Both the position numbers and the translations under genes were made by a program. From the NCBI GenBank assembly GCA_028023455.1, contig JAQFVV010000007.1, forward strand, positions 14,942,001 through 15,006,000: a stretch of DNA of 64,000 bases, read 5' to 3'. This DNA comes from Epiperipatus broadwayi. Lineage: Eukaryota > Animalia > Onychophora. A model generated the notes under the pieces. That model saw only the letters and a list, made by a program, of their open reading frames with translations. It was not told the origin of the DNA and searched no databases. Position 1 is the first letter of the stretch; every line of letters starts with the position of its first letter. Below are positions 26,330 through 38,473 of this stretch, piece after piece.

Positions 26330-26700
26330 TGTCCAGACTTTATAGAGATCATTTTCATTCTATTGCATAGGGCAACCAATGCCTGGGCTATATTCTATTC
26401 AGGTTATATTAAAGTTATTATTTTTCATGGCATATTTTGATCTATTACAAATGCCACCTATATCATTGGGGCTATAACAAACATTAGTATATACATATTT
26501 ATCCTGATACAAACTGGTACCACAATTTGCAGGGTATAATGAAACAGGATCACTCTGACATACTTTTGTCATATCCGATCGTTTACAAATGATTCCTAAA
26601 TCAATGGTGCATTAAAAGAAGAATATATCCTCATTTTTAATCTGCAAATGGCACTCTAACTTTAATGGCAATAATAAAGCTTATTTCATCATCATTTTTT
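26330..26700 (-). mobile_element. Decayed LINE RT fragment
   Basis: Minus strand PFAD* (FADD-like) followed by PVSLYPANCG, which resembles the PVLxYG thumb motif. Confidence 0.35.
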
Positions 26701-27199
26701 TTATGTCAATAATAAAATGCTGTCAAAACCACTAGGGTAACTTTTTATTCTGTTACAATATATAAATATATATGCACACAGATTTTGAAAATAATTGGTG
26801 TGGAATATTCTAAATTATAAAATCTGAGTTATGCTTCTTAAGTATTTTAGTTTATAATAATCAATAAATTGTTTTTGTCATAATTTTGATAATTTTACGC
26901 TCCTATGGTTTTCTCATATAGCATTTTTAGTTTTCATTCCTTTGAAAAATAATAGAATAAGGTTTCACAATATATACAATTTCTCAAAATATAATTTTAT
27001 CTCTATATGTATACAATACTATTGTTAATTATTAGATCATGTGGTTCAGCTTGGTCTATTAATTTTAATTGGTGGCTGCATGATTACATTGCAGCTAAAG
27101 ATTTATTCTAGTTTAATACATGGAACATTTATATTGTAACTTCAATGCTTACAACTAGAGTCCATAAATATTTAGTGTATATATATAATATTTAAATAC

Positions 27200-27310
27200 A
27201 AGTATATTGTCTATACTGAACTTAATGTAATTAGAAGGGATTTGAACTCACACTTTAAAGCTTTCTACAACTATAAACTTCATCTTATACAACCAATACA
27301 CACAAGCACA
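27200..27310 (-). mobile_element. tRNA-related SINE-like repeat, same family as 21176-21435
   Basis: atactgaacttaatgtaattagaagggatttgaactc is nearly identical to 21180-21220; the minus strand carries the B-box-like GAGTTCAAATCC. Confidence 0.5.
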
Positions 27311-27661
27311 TACATGTGAAAAAGTTAACAGCTCTCCAATATATGTATTTTGTACTAAACCAACACTTGCCCATTGTTTCAAATTCTTCATCTCCACTCA
27401 TATATATAATCATTGCTCAGTTTATATTAATATAGCAAATCTTTAAACTTTAATGGACAGGCTTATATTATATTCCATAGGAAAAGTGAGAAACTACTAA
27501 TTAATATGGTGTTAATAATTATCAATGTGATATTTATTATTAATTATTCTTAGACCCTTGTGGAATATAATTTTGCATTTCACTATGTCTAAATATTTTG
27601 TTATATATATAAGTGTAATAATATTCAAGACTAAATGGGTTCATAAGAAACCATTAGAAAC

Positions 27662-27782
27662 CATTCAACACTTAGACAATCCCAATATAGACAACAATCT
27701 CAAGCTGTTGTTAAAAAGAGGTTCCCTTGAAAACAATTTGAGATTGTTATCTATATTGAGATTGTCTAAGTGTTGCCTGTTT
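27662..27782. repeat. Foldback element (caacacttagacaatccc family)
   Basis: caacacttagacaatcccaatatagacaacaatctcaa / ttgagattgttatctatattgagattgtctaagtgttg. Confidence 0.8.
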
Positions 27783-28027
27783 TCTAGTGTTTATATATGT
27801 ACTATGATGATTTTTTTTTCAAAGCTCATTTAGTTTAGTAATATAAATTATATAAAAGTAGCCCACACTTATCAACAACAAGAAACTTCAATCTTCTTAT
27901 AAATAAATGGTTGCCTTGATAGAAGATTGGAGATTGTTGATATAGACAGCATGGGTTGCATATATATATATTCATTAAAGTTAATCAATACTTATATATT
28001 GCATATATATATATTCATTAAAGTTAA

Positions 28028-28340
28028 TCAATACTTAGACAATCCCAATACAAACAACATTCAACAATCTCATCCTGTTGTCAAGGCAACCTCCTTTTAA
28101 CACTAAAGGTTTATATAAACTTCTTTGTATCAATAGTTTCAATCTCTGTAGTCAAGTTGCAATCTTTAGTGTCTATACAAATATATTGTACCATAAATAA
28201 ATGTGGAATTGCATCTTGACCACAGAGATTGAAGTTATTAATACACATAAACCTTTAGTATTATTAAGTAGGTTACCTTGACAACAGGATGGGATTGTTC
28301 ATTGTTATTGATACTGGGATTGTCTAAGTGTTGATTGATT
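28028..28340. repeat. ~310-bp foldback of the same family, with a third direct partial copy at ~28490-28600
   Basis: Arms 28030-28165 and 28205-28335 are complementary; the inner segment is duplicated directly downstream. Confidence 0.8.
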
Positions 28341-28666
28341 TTAATGATTACTTTGAGTATTAATACACTTATTATTTAAGTCTTTGGGTGCAATTTGAAA
28401 ATTATAATTACAGTATGTAATGTTATAATTGTCTATTTATTAGCCTGCATTCAGCACAGGTTATATTTACCTGTTTAAAGAGATTCATTTAAATTTCTCT
28501 GTTTCAATAATTTCAATCTCTGTGGACAAGTTGTAATCTTTAGTATCTATATAAATATATTGGACTATAAATAAAGATGGAATTCTAGATTAATTGTTAA
28601 AAGAAGGTTACTTATTACACTTATTAATATTTATGAAAGTATTAATTTCCTGTATTCCTTCATAAT

Positions 28667-28890
28667 ATATGTAAAGTTCAACTTGATATATATTAAATAC
28701 AGTAATATGCATATAATGCAACTTATTCTGTTAGAAGTACTTTCAGGTATATTCCTCTTATATTCAACATTATATCATTATATAGTTGCAAAAACTAAAA
28801 GGAATGTAGTCAAAAATACTCCTAATAGAATAAATTGAATTATATGAATATTACTACATTTAATATATATCAAGTTGAATTTTACATATG
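28667..28890. repeat. Imperfect foldback
   Basis: atatgtaaagttcaacttgatatatattaaat / atttaatatatatcaagttgaattttacatat. Confidence 0.75.
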
Positions 28891-28897
28891 TATATAT

Positions 28898-30093
28898 AGA
28901 AGATATATTTTGCGGGTTCATCCATGTTAAAAATTTAAATATTGATATACTGAAATTTTGCCTTGATCACACAAGTCATCTACTGGGTGATAAAAGGTAG
29001 AAAGATGGTTGTAGAGCGCTACAATCACTGATTTGAAAAAAAGCGTTAAAGTTTCACCAATAGATAAAATGTTAAATTAAGAATGTTTTTTTTAATCTTT
29101 CCAAATGTGAGAAGGTTGCATGCAACATTTTGCTTATTGATACAATCTGGCTTTTTAAATATCTCAGTGGCTTCACTATTTTTGCACTGGTAGAGATTAT
29201 CACATCTGGATACGATCTTGGTACTACATTTCCATTCTCATCATCACCCAACTCAGGTAATTTCCATAGCCAAAACTCTTTTAAATAGAGCAATTAACCT
29301 TTCAGATAAGTCACATTTGAAAGAAAAAATAAATCATATTAATAATGTTTTATTAGCAAATACTTATAATTAGAAATTTATTTAAAAAGCCTTATTTCAA
29401 GCCAAAAATGGACCAAATATAAAACAAAAAGTTGATAAATCAGCTATTAGGATTTTGTTCCATATGTAAAGGGAATTAAAGACAGTATTGGACATATAGT
29501 AAAATGCTATAATATAAATACAGTGTTTTCTACTCATCAAAAGATCAGAAATATAATAACCAAGTCTTAGAATTCAATCCCTTTTAAATCTCATGGTGTT
29601 TATCAAATCTCATGTGAAAATTGTAAAGCTTCTTACATAGGTATGAGTAATCATAACATCAGTGTTAGGAGAGATGAGCATGCTAATGCAGTTAAACAAC
29701 ACTTATCATCATCAGCACTCTCACTCCATACTATAGATTCAGGTCATAAAATTTACTTTTCTAGTACAAGGATCATATCCAAATGTGATAATCTCTACCA
29801 GGGAAAAATTAGAGAAGCCATTGAGATACTTAAAAGATCAGATTATATCCATAAGTGAGATGATACATGCAAACTTCCTCCTATTTGGAAAGATTTTTTA
29901 AAAAACATTCTTAATTTCACATTTTTGTTATTGGTGGAACTTTAACCTTTTTTTAAAAAAATCATTGAATGTAGCACATCTACAACTGTCTTTCTATTTA
30001 TCACCCAGTAGATGACTTGTGTGATCAAGTCAAAATCTTGGTATATCAATATTTAAATTTTTAACACAGATGAACCCGCAAAATATGTCTTCT
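28898..30093 (+). mobile_element. Penelope-like element remnant: GIY-YIG endonuclease fragment with an inverted duplicate of its 3' end and pseudo-LTR
   Basis: Plus-strand GVYQISCENCKASYIGMSNHNISVRRDEH...IREAIEI is a GIY-YIG domain. 28898-29230 is the reverse complement of ~29760-30093. The element ends in TA runs, and hammerhead-like motifs lie at 28948-28989 (-) and 30002-30043 (+). Confidence 0.9.
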
Positions 30094-30097
30094 ATAT

Positions 30098-30203
30098 ATG
30101 AAACCTGTGAAAATCTTCATATATATATATATATACTGCTGGTCAGGATATGAAACCTGTGAAAATCTTCATATATATATATATATATACTGCTGGTCAG
30201 GAT
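30098..30203. repeat. 52-bp tandem duplication at the PLE right end
   Basis: atgaaacctgtgaaaatcttc(at)n-actgctggtcaggat occurs twice. Confidence 0.9.
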
Positions 30204-32149
30204 CATACTGGATCATAAATATAACAACACTGATGATTAAGTTATTTACTTAATACTCATATTACATGTTAGCAACCATTATATAATTATTATATACCAG
30301 ACAACCAACTGATAATCTAAATGATTAATGATAAAAGTGCCCACAAGCAAATAATTTGCATAATATTTGTCAATACCTAGATTATTTCCAGAATCACTCA
30401 TAGCATAATCTCAATGAAGAAATATTGATGAACTGATGATATGAACTAAAAAAAAAAAATATTGGCTAGCACAAATTAGATTTGCTTGTATTGAAGATAA
30501 TTATCCTTCTACGCCTTCTGATAACACTTTTTAATGGATTCAAAGTACTTATTCATCTATTCATAATATTTTATAAACATCTGCTCTATCACAATAAGTT
30601 TTCCAATGCTCTAGTACAATTTAAAAACACTTAGAACTCTTAACTATGCATTAGATGACCCATAATTCTATATTTAAGTTACACAATATGCTATGCAGGC
30701 AAATTGAAAATTGAATCAAGAATGATATCATGATTGATTTTTAATTTTAAAACAACAATTTAAACAATTATCAAATTAATATAATAACAAAAACATTCAA
30801 ATATATACAAATCATCACTAATTATATAGTAATCATTAAGTTATCTTGTGAGTACATCTATAAATACATATATTATCCCAACATAATGTGTTTTTTGCAT
30901 ATATACCTACCTAGGTTTAACAATTTATTTTTCCTCAGCCTCACTTTATTTTCTCAAAGATATATGCATATATAATATATCATTTATTAATTATGTGCCA
31001 CTTTGTAAAATAAAAATGTATATAGTTTAGTATTTTATAATAAAAACAAATTATACAAAAATATATAAATGATAAAAATGAAAATTTTATAAAACATTCT
31101 GAAGAACAAAAAAATATTGCAAAAAAAATATGTTTTTTTTATTAATCTATTATTAATTAAATGCTAATGTTTTGAAGTATTTGTATTAACTAGATCTAAT
31201 TGAAATTAACACATCAAATGTTCAATGCATTCTTACAGTATTATCTGTTACATTGTAATTTTTATTTAGTTTTATTTTGTCATTCTTTTATCCATGCACT
31301 CTTATTTAATTTTAATAAAAGTAGGATTCTGACAATGTTCAAAATAACTATCTTCTTTGCATCTTTTCCAAATCCTAGGAGGTTTTTCACAGCTTTTTTT
31401 CAATATCAGCAGTTTAGACAAATTTTATTTCTTTACAGATTGTTTTTCATGACATCACTTTTATTCTAATCTATTTGTTCAATTTCATTGACATCACTTT
31501 TATTCTAATCTATTTGTTCAATTTCATTTCTCATTAGCTCTTTGGTTGGCAAACAGGTTACTGACTCAGAGAAATATTTTATTACATAGGACATACAGTA
31601 GGTAAGCTTTAGGATGTGTTGCCAGTGACTATATTTTTAGACACTGATGATGACTCACATACTATTTAGAAAACCATCTTAAAATTTAAACCAGTGATAA
31701 ATAACCTCTACAAGGTTGCAAAGGGAAATGTAATAATAACATATTACTTCAATGCTGGTTTGTCTTACTTTTCCAAGTAAACTTGAGACTAACTTTCTTT
31801 TTTTTGTAGAACTTGTTAATTTGGGGAAAAGTTTTGTTTCTGCTGGTTTCTGACAGTGACTGTTTATGACTGAATTCCATCTTCAGTTATTTTAATTGTA
31901 AAACCACTAAAAACAACAACTGGTATTGTTTTTATATTGTATACCCTTTCTCTATTTCTACATGATCTGCTTAAGTGCTTTGACTCTTTTTCTCCTCCCA
32001 TGTGACAATCTTTGATCAATGATTCATTTAATTAACCAATTTTATTATTGAAAAATAATTGATATTATGTTCTCTTTTTGTCTTTGAACTATATTTTTAT
32101 TTTTATAAATTCCAAACTTTGAATTCGAAATATAGAATCATATTGTCAC

Positions 32150-32222
32150 GCGTTGGTGGCCTAGCAGTTAGCTTAGTTGCCTTCCAAGCAAGCTGACCCA
32201 GGTTTGCTTCCCAGTCAATGCT
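32150..32222 (+). pseudogene. tRNA-Gly(TCC)-derived pseudogene or repeat
   Basis: GCGTTGGTGG...GTTGC CTTCCAA GCA...GGTTTGCTTCCCAGTCAATGC is colinear with canonical eukaryotic tRNA-Gly-TCC; the D and T arms are damaged. Confidence 0.8.
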
Positions 32223-32589
32223 TTGACATATAAAATATATATATATATACATAATTATTAAAATAACGAAATTATTTCGTAAAATGCTTTTTTTTATTAT
32301 CATAAAAGAACATATATTTTTATATACTACATATTTTAGTATTATAGTTTTTAATTTTAAAATAACGTCAGTTCATGATTTAGTTTATCATACAAAATTT
32401 AACAATAATTTCTAACACGCTCATCTATGTCAAATCTTTTGTTTGTTTGTTTTTGCTTATTGAATGCATAATTTTAGTAGTGTTCCAACTTCATATTATA
32501 AAACCTTATTATTCTAATCTCTCTGGCACATAATGCTATCATTATAATATATATAATTCACCAATAATATTTTGCAATAATTATGTCAC

Positions 32590-35500
32590 AAATCAGATGT
32601 TAAGTGAGGCCAATGACATACAGATTGATCCAGACATAGAAACAGGTATGGATTATATAACAGAAGCCTTATATAACAAGACAAGAAAGTCAACAAAATT
32701 CACACAAAACAGTTCTGAGGTAGATGAACAGACAATTACTAATTCAACCAATTCCAACAAATAAAACTATAAAAAATCACTCTCTCAGCAGCTCAAATAC
32801 TTTGCAAGACAAAAAAAAAAAACACATTAATGCACAGGACTCTTACTCTAAGTCAACAGACACCAATACAGAAGACTTTTCTACCTCTAGCCTGCAACCT
32901 CCTGCATCTGCTCTCATAGTCCCCTCACCTAAATCCTATGAACTTCCCTCTCCAAACTTAAACAGCTCACAAGCAGTACTTACTTGCAGTCTACGAGTCA
33001 ATGGATAACCTACCGTGCAGAGTAGTAGAGATCAATGTGAGAGGTCTAAAGACCATCACTCGTGTGTATGCCATTAGACATTTTTTTCCTTTATTTCTCC
33101 TCACATTTTATTTTTAGGAGAAACCAAATTCCATCCACATTCCAACCATAATATCCAGACAGAGCTTAGCAAACTTGGTTATTTAAAATTAGTCATCAAT
33201 AGTTCCGCTGCCGGAGGAGTTGGAGTGCTTATTAACAAGAAGGGCCCTTCCAATAAATCTAAAGTACTTTATGAAGACAACAACCTAATTGCTCTGAACT
33301 TAACATATGGATCAAGTAATATAAACTCATTTTATGTATATGCTCTCATGAACAGAGAAGTTCACCTAAGAATCATCAACCCTATAAATATGCTGACTTC
33401 CAATAACAATGTGCCTTCTATTCTAATGGGATATTTTAATCTATCCTATGAAGAATATGACAAAAAATATATTTATCTCCTCAACAGAGGATTTCTTGAT
33501 GATAGATGGTAATGCCCTTCTAATGCATTTTCATTCCACATGAAAGCTCATCACTCCCTAATAGACCTGTTATTTTATACAGCAGAATTTCACTTCTGTA
33601 TTGAAGCATTTCTTCATCCAGCAGCCTTTACAGACCACCATGCCATAGTTGCAGACATTGCAGCTTCAAAACTTCCCTACAATAAGCTCCACAATACCAT
33701 AGGAGTCCTCACTCATGCCTCCACAACTGAGGTGGTATTCTCCAATGCCTACATTCTTTTTCAAAAAATTGACATCCTCACTAGGCCTCTGGAGGAAGCT
33801 TGGTTCTCTCTTGTGGGAATTCTAAAGTCGCTCATAGTATAACACACCAGAAGATCTAAAGGACCTACAATTGCTTTTTCATAAACTGGAACAATCTCAC
33901 ACAAAATCAATGCATTCAGCATCGATCATGAGCCATTGGAAAGGTTGCTTAACCTTAAGCATCAATATAAGATCAAACAATTGGCCATTGCAGAACTTAT
34001 AGCAATTAAAAGATCCAAAAGATACTTACCTAATCAGCATTGTTGGACTAGAGCATATCTTCACTGGGCATTGGGGTACAAATCTAAACAATCAACACCC
34101 TCAAAAATCATCATCAATGGTTCTAATTACACTGAAATTCATATGCTACAGAAAATTCAATCTTTCTTTAAAGAAAGATTACAAAATTGTGAACCCAGAG
34201 TTGACCTTTCTTGGAATGACAGTTTTCCTATAGGTGGACATGGCATCATGGAGAATTGTTTAGCAGCCCTCCCTGACTATGTACATCCTGGTATGCATGC
34301 CATACCTAAGTTTATGCTTCTCCCTCTTAGCAGCATTGTGACTCTGATCATAATGGGAATAATAAAATTCCTCTCAACACAAAAAAGGGTAATTTCTAAC
34401 CTTTACTCCATCGCAATGGTGCCATTCTTGAAGAAAAATAAGGAATCCACCTCCATCAACAGCATTAGACCAATTTCAATGACTCCTATCTTATTCAAAA
34501 TCATAGAAGGAGTCATTAAAAAGAAAATAGTCCAAAATCATTCATAACATTTCAAAATATCAGTATGCTCAAAAGGGTTCATCAACCATTACTGCCATGA
34601 CAGAAGTTAAATTACTCCTCGACTATGTCAGATCTAATAGGTTATCAAAGCCAATTGCGGTCCAGATTGACATAACTAAGGCTTTTTAATCCCAACATCC
34701 TGCTTGAACTCCTAGGGGAATGCAACATTCCTTCAGAGATCATACAAATAGTAAATAACCTATTATATAACAGATTCATTCATCTCACACTTAACGGAAC
34801 CTTAACAGATGGATTCATGCCTAAGCATTCTTTACCTCAAGGGTTTCTGATTAGTGCATTGCTGTTTTCATGCTACATAGACCCTCTTTTAAAGTCTGTA
34901 GATGATTCCCTCCCAGGAATATATATACCAAGAATCAAGAAATTCATGACCTCCATTGCATACATGGATGATGTCCTAATATTCCTCCCATTACATAAGT
35001 ATCTCAAACCGCTTTACCTTTTACTTAACAAATTTTCCAGCTCAGCTTAACTAAGCATTAACCGCAGCAAGTCCTCTACATGGCGAATATTAAATGGGAA
35101 GAGAATCCATTCCAAATTTCTTGCCAAGCCCCAAAATTTCTTGGAGTTCCCTATATATAAGTCTAAACTTGTCATGACCAAAAATATTTATACTACCATT
35201 ATTGAACAAGCTGACCACCTTACACAGGGGCTTTCAAAGGTCTACTTATCTCTGCAGGGCAAGGTGGCTCTGTTAAATATGAAAGTAATGGCCAAGATTG
35301 CCTACTATCTTCCATTCATTTCCATTACCAAGACATTCCTATCCAAAGTTTACAGGCTATGTGCACGACTGTTTTGGAAGAGTCGCACTTCTTCCATCAG
35401 CACAGCAAAAATGCAATTCAATAGGAAACTGAATGGAATGTCCCCTCATTCCATTCAGGCAATATTCTATCAAAAAGCACATACAGTGGTAGTCAACCTG

Positions 35501-36530
35501 ACACAAAAATATAATAGCATCCTTGTAACAGAATCAATAACTCCCACTGATACACCTCCTCCTGAGAAGTCCTCTTGGATAGACCAAATCCTCTCCCATC
35601 TTTACAAATTCAATGGCAATGCCTCTGAGTGCTTTCATGCCAAAATCTCCATATGAATCACCCACTCATTAATAAACCCCCAACCTTCACAATTAAAATC
35701 AAGGCTTGGAGTCTCAAATCACAAAATCACTACACTATTCAAATTCTTATTGATGGAGCCAAAGTTCTTAGATTTTTTAATTAAGGCTAACTTAAACTCA
35801 ATTCCAACAAACTATTTCCTATATTACAGAAGATTTTTAAAAAACATAGATCCTTTCTTTCCTGTCTGAAACAGACAGGAAGAAACATTCAAGCATACAA
35901 TTCTATCCTGTACAGGCTTAACATCAGTAAGGCTAATGATAGCCCAAAATACCTCGACTATTATAGGATTCTATCTATTAAGGATTGCATGAAGGACCAA
36001 AACTTCCTTCACATAAAAATGTCAACTTTTATTACATATTCACTGTGGATAACTAGCTGCAAGATCACCTTCAATATCCCACCACTGAATGCAAAGGCAA
36101 CATTTATCAGTACTCTAAAGAAGATTAAGAAAAAAGATGAAATTCTATCAACATAATTCCTTTATGAGAACACTTGGAGTCTGTTCAAAATCCACAGCAT
36201 CCAAACATCCCTATAAATACTCATGGAATAAACTGAACCATTGTATTCAAAGCTCATAGGAATTAGAGATCATGTTATTAAAGCAGTTGATCTTTTTGAA
36301 CAAGAAAACACCAATAAACCAATGTTCCCAATGTACTACAGATTTCACACTCAGAGCCTTCTCTAATAAAGTTAATTTGGATTAAAAAAAACACTGGCCA
36401 ACTATTGCCTCCTTTCTGTGTTCTATATGTATGTAACCTTTTTATATCCTTTTACTTAAAATGTAAACATATATATGCAGCATGACTCAGAAGAGTAAAT
36501 GTATTTTTTTTTATCAATAATAAAGTCCTT
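32590..36530 (+). mobile_element. 5'-truncated, frameshifted L1/Tx1-type LINE (end of ORF1; ORF2 with APE, RT and CCHC from ~33001)
   Basis: APE motifs: MDNLPCRVVEINVRGLK, ETK, GGVGVL, MGYFN, TDHHAI. RT motifs: IRPISMTPILFKII, PQGFLISALLF, AYMDD. A C-terminal C-x2-C relic lies near 35860, and the element ends in aataaa plus an A-rich tail. Confidence 0.92.
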
Positions 36531-36779
36531 TTTGAAACTAAAATAAAAAAATTTTAACACTTATTATTAACGGTTATTAAAATTACAAATTTCAAAAATA
36601 AAACATTTGCACATTAGTTATTTTTTCATAATTATGATAATTTTAAAACAACATTTATCAATGAGTTTTTATCAACTTGTTTGCAAAAGATTTTTGTTTT
36701 TGCACATTCAGCATTTTTCACAAGAAGAAGTGCTTCACAGAAAATGTATAAAACATCTATTAAGTTGATCAGATTTGCA

Positions 36780-37000
36780 AATATCTCAAAATATAGATTC
36801 TCTATTTAAATCTTATCTGAGAGCTACATTGTTTTCATGGATATGTTAAATTAAGAATTTCTTCAAACAACCATAGAAATACAACATATAAAATATATTT
36901 CTGAGTTTCCAAACAAATTTCATTATCCACATCCAGGTCTTATAATCCAATTCATGACAACCTATGGGCATTCCATTCTTGCTCTGCATAAATGGAAATA
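36780..37000 (-). mobile_element. Possible decayed Penelope RT fragment
   Basis: Minus-strand MQSKNGMPIG resembles the Q..G.PMG motif; the rest is poorly preserved. Confidence 0.3.
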
Positions 37001-38421
37001 AAATTTAACAGCTTTTCAGCTATATAAATAAGTTATAGTTTATACCAAAATATTTTACAAAAAAAAATTATAATTAATTTTGATCAAAATCACTCTAAAA
37101 AAAAATTTTTTTTTTCTTCAACTACAATTTTAGTTGTCATTTATAATTTGAAATGAAAAGCATAGGTCATCCATAAATTTATTAATTCAATCACTGTTTT
37201 TAAAAATAGTGATTGAGTTAATTAACTTATGAATGCCACATATTTTATTTCATGTTACATATGAAATCAAAAGTGTGGTTAAAGAATAAAATATTTTGGT
37301 TTTTAGTGCATTACTGATCAAATTAAATAAAAAGTGTTTTTTATAAAATATTTTTCATCTTTATTGTTTTGTACTTTTTAGTGCTAAGATAATTAATTAC
37401 AATATATTTTTTTTGTAACTATATATACTCAAATCTAAAAACTGAAAATGTAAATAATGTCTCTCTATTGCTCGTGTTTAAAATAAAATTGGCACATGTT
37501 AAAAAAATTTTAAAATATTTTTTATGAAGGCAGCCTTTAAAAAAAGTTTTAGTTAAACAATCAAGAGAAATTAAGATTCCATCCTTTGTTTCTGTTTCTT
37601 TCTTGTTCAATTAACTAGTAGAGATTTGTGAAGCTTTGCCATTTGACATATATTGATTACTAAAGCTTCCACTATGTGGCCTAACTATAAATTTACTGCT
37701 GAAAAAATAATTGAAGGCTTTATAGTTCCAAAGTTTGTAGTCTGATTGTCTAAAGTAACTGTTTAGTACAGATCTTTATTTCCTTTCTACCACTGCACCA
37801 AAACATGCAAAACATAGGTTTATTTATTATATGCTAAATAAATAAATAATTAAACTAAAAAGTCACATGACCAACAAATTATAATACTTACAATAAATTA
37901 CTTTATTTGTTTATTTATTTTTTATTTTATAATGATAAATTTTCATGTGTTTAAGGATACATTAAAATATGATGTATACAGAGATCAGCTTTTATAATTA
38001 TAAAAAGGTTCCATATTAAAACTGTTCATTTATTCATTTAGTATTCACATCTTTTTTATTTTTAAATACAATTAGCTACTCAAGCTGTGATAAAAAAATC
38101 TATGACAGTGTGATCTGACATTTCAAAGCCTAAATATTCTGGATAAATTCTTAACTGAATAAAAATATATATTGTCTTTATGTGTCACCTGGGCTTTCAA
38201 ATATTACACAGCCACCAGTAATAAACTTTATAACTAATGTTACCAAAGAAATTTGTAAATATTTGTATCAGAAACTGAATTCACTCATGTTTTTACTTTT
38301 GTAAATGCTTTTATTCAATGTGCATTCTCTGTACATTTGTTTTTGTCTTTGTTAATTGTTTGTTCCATAGATATAGTTTAAGTAAGACATGTAATAGGGT
38401 GGTATAAAGATTTTTTATTTG

Positions 38422-38473
<52 letters not shown>

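Noticed and set aside
29072-29293. 73-aa minus-strand ORF as an independent gene
   Set aside because: It is mostly the inverted copy of the neighbouring PLE endonuclease 3' end.
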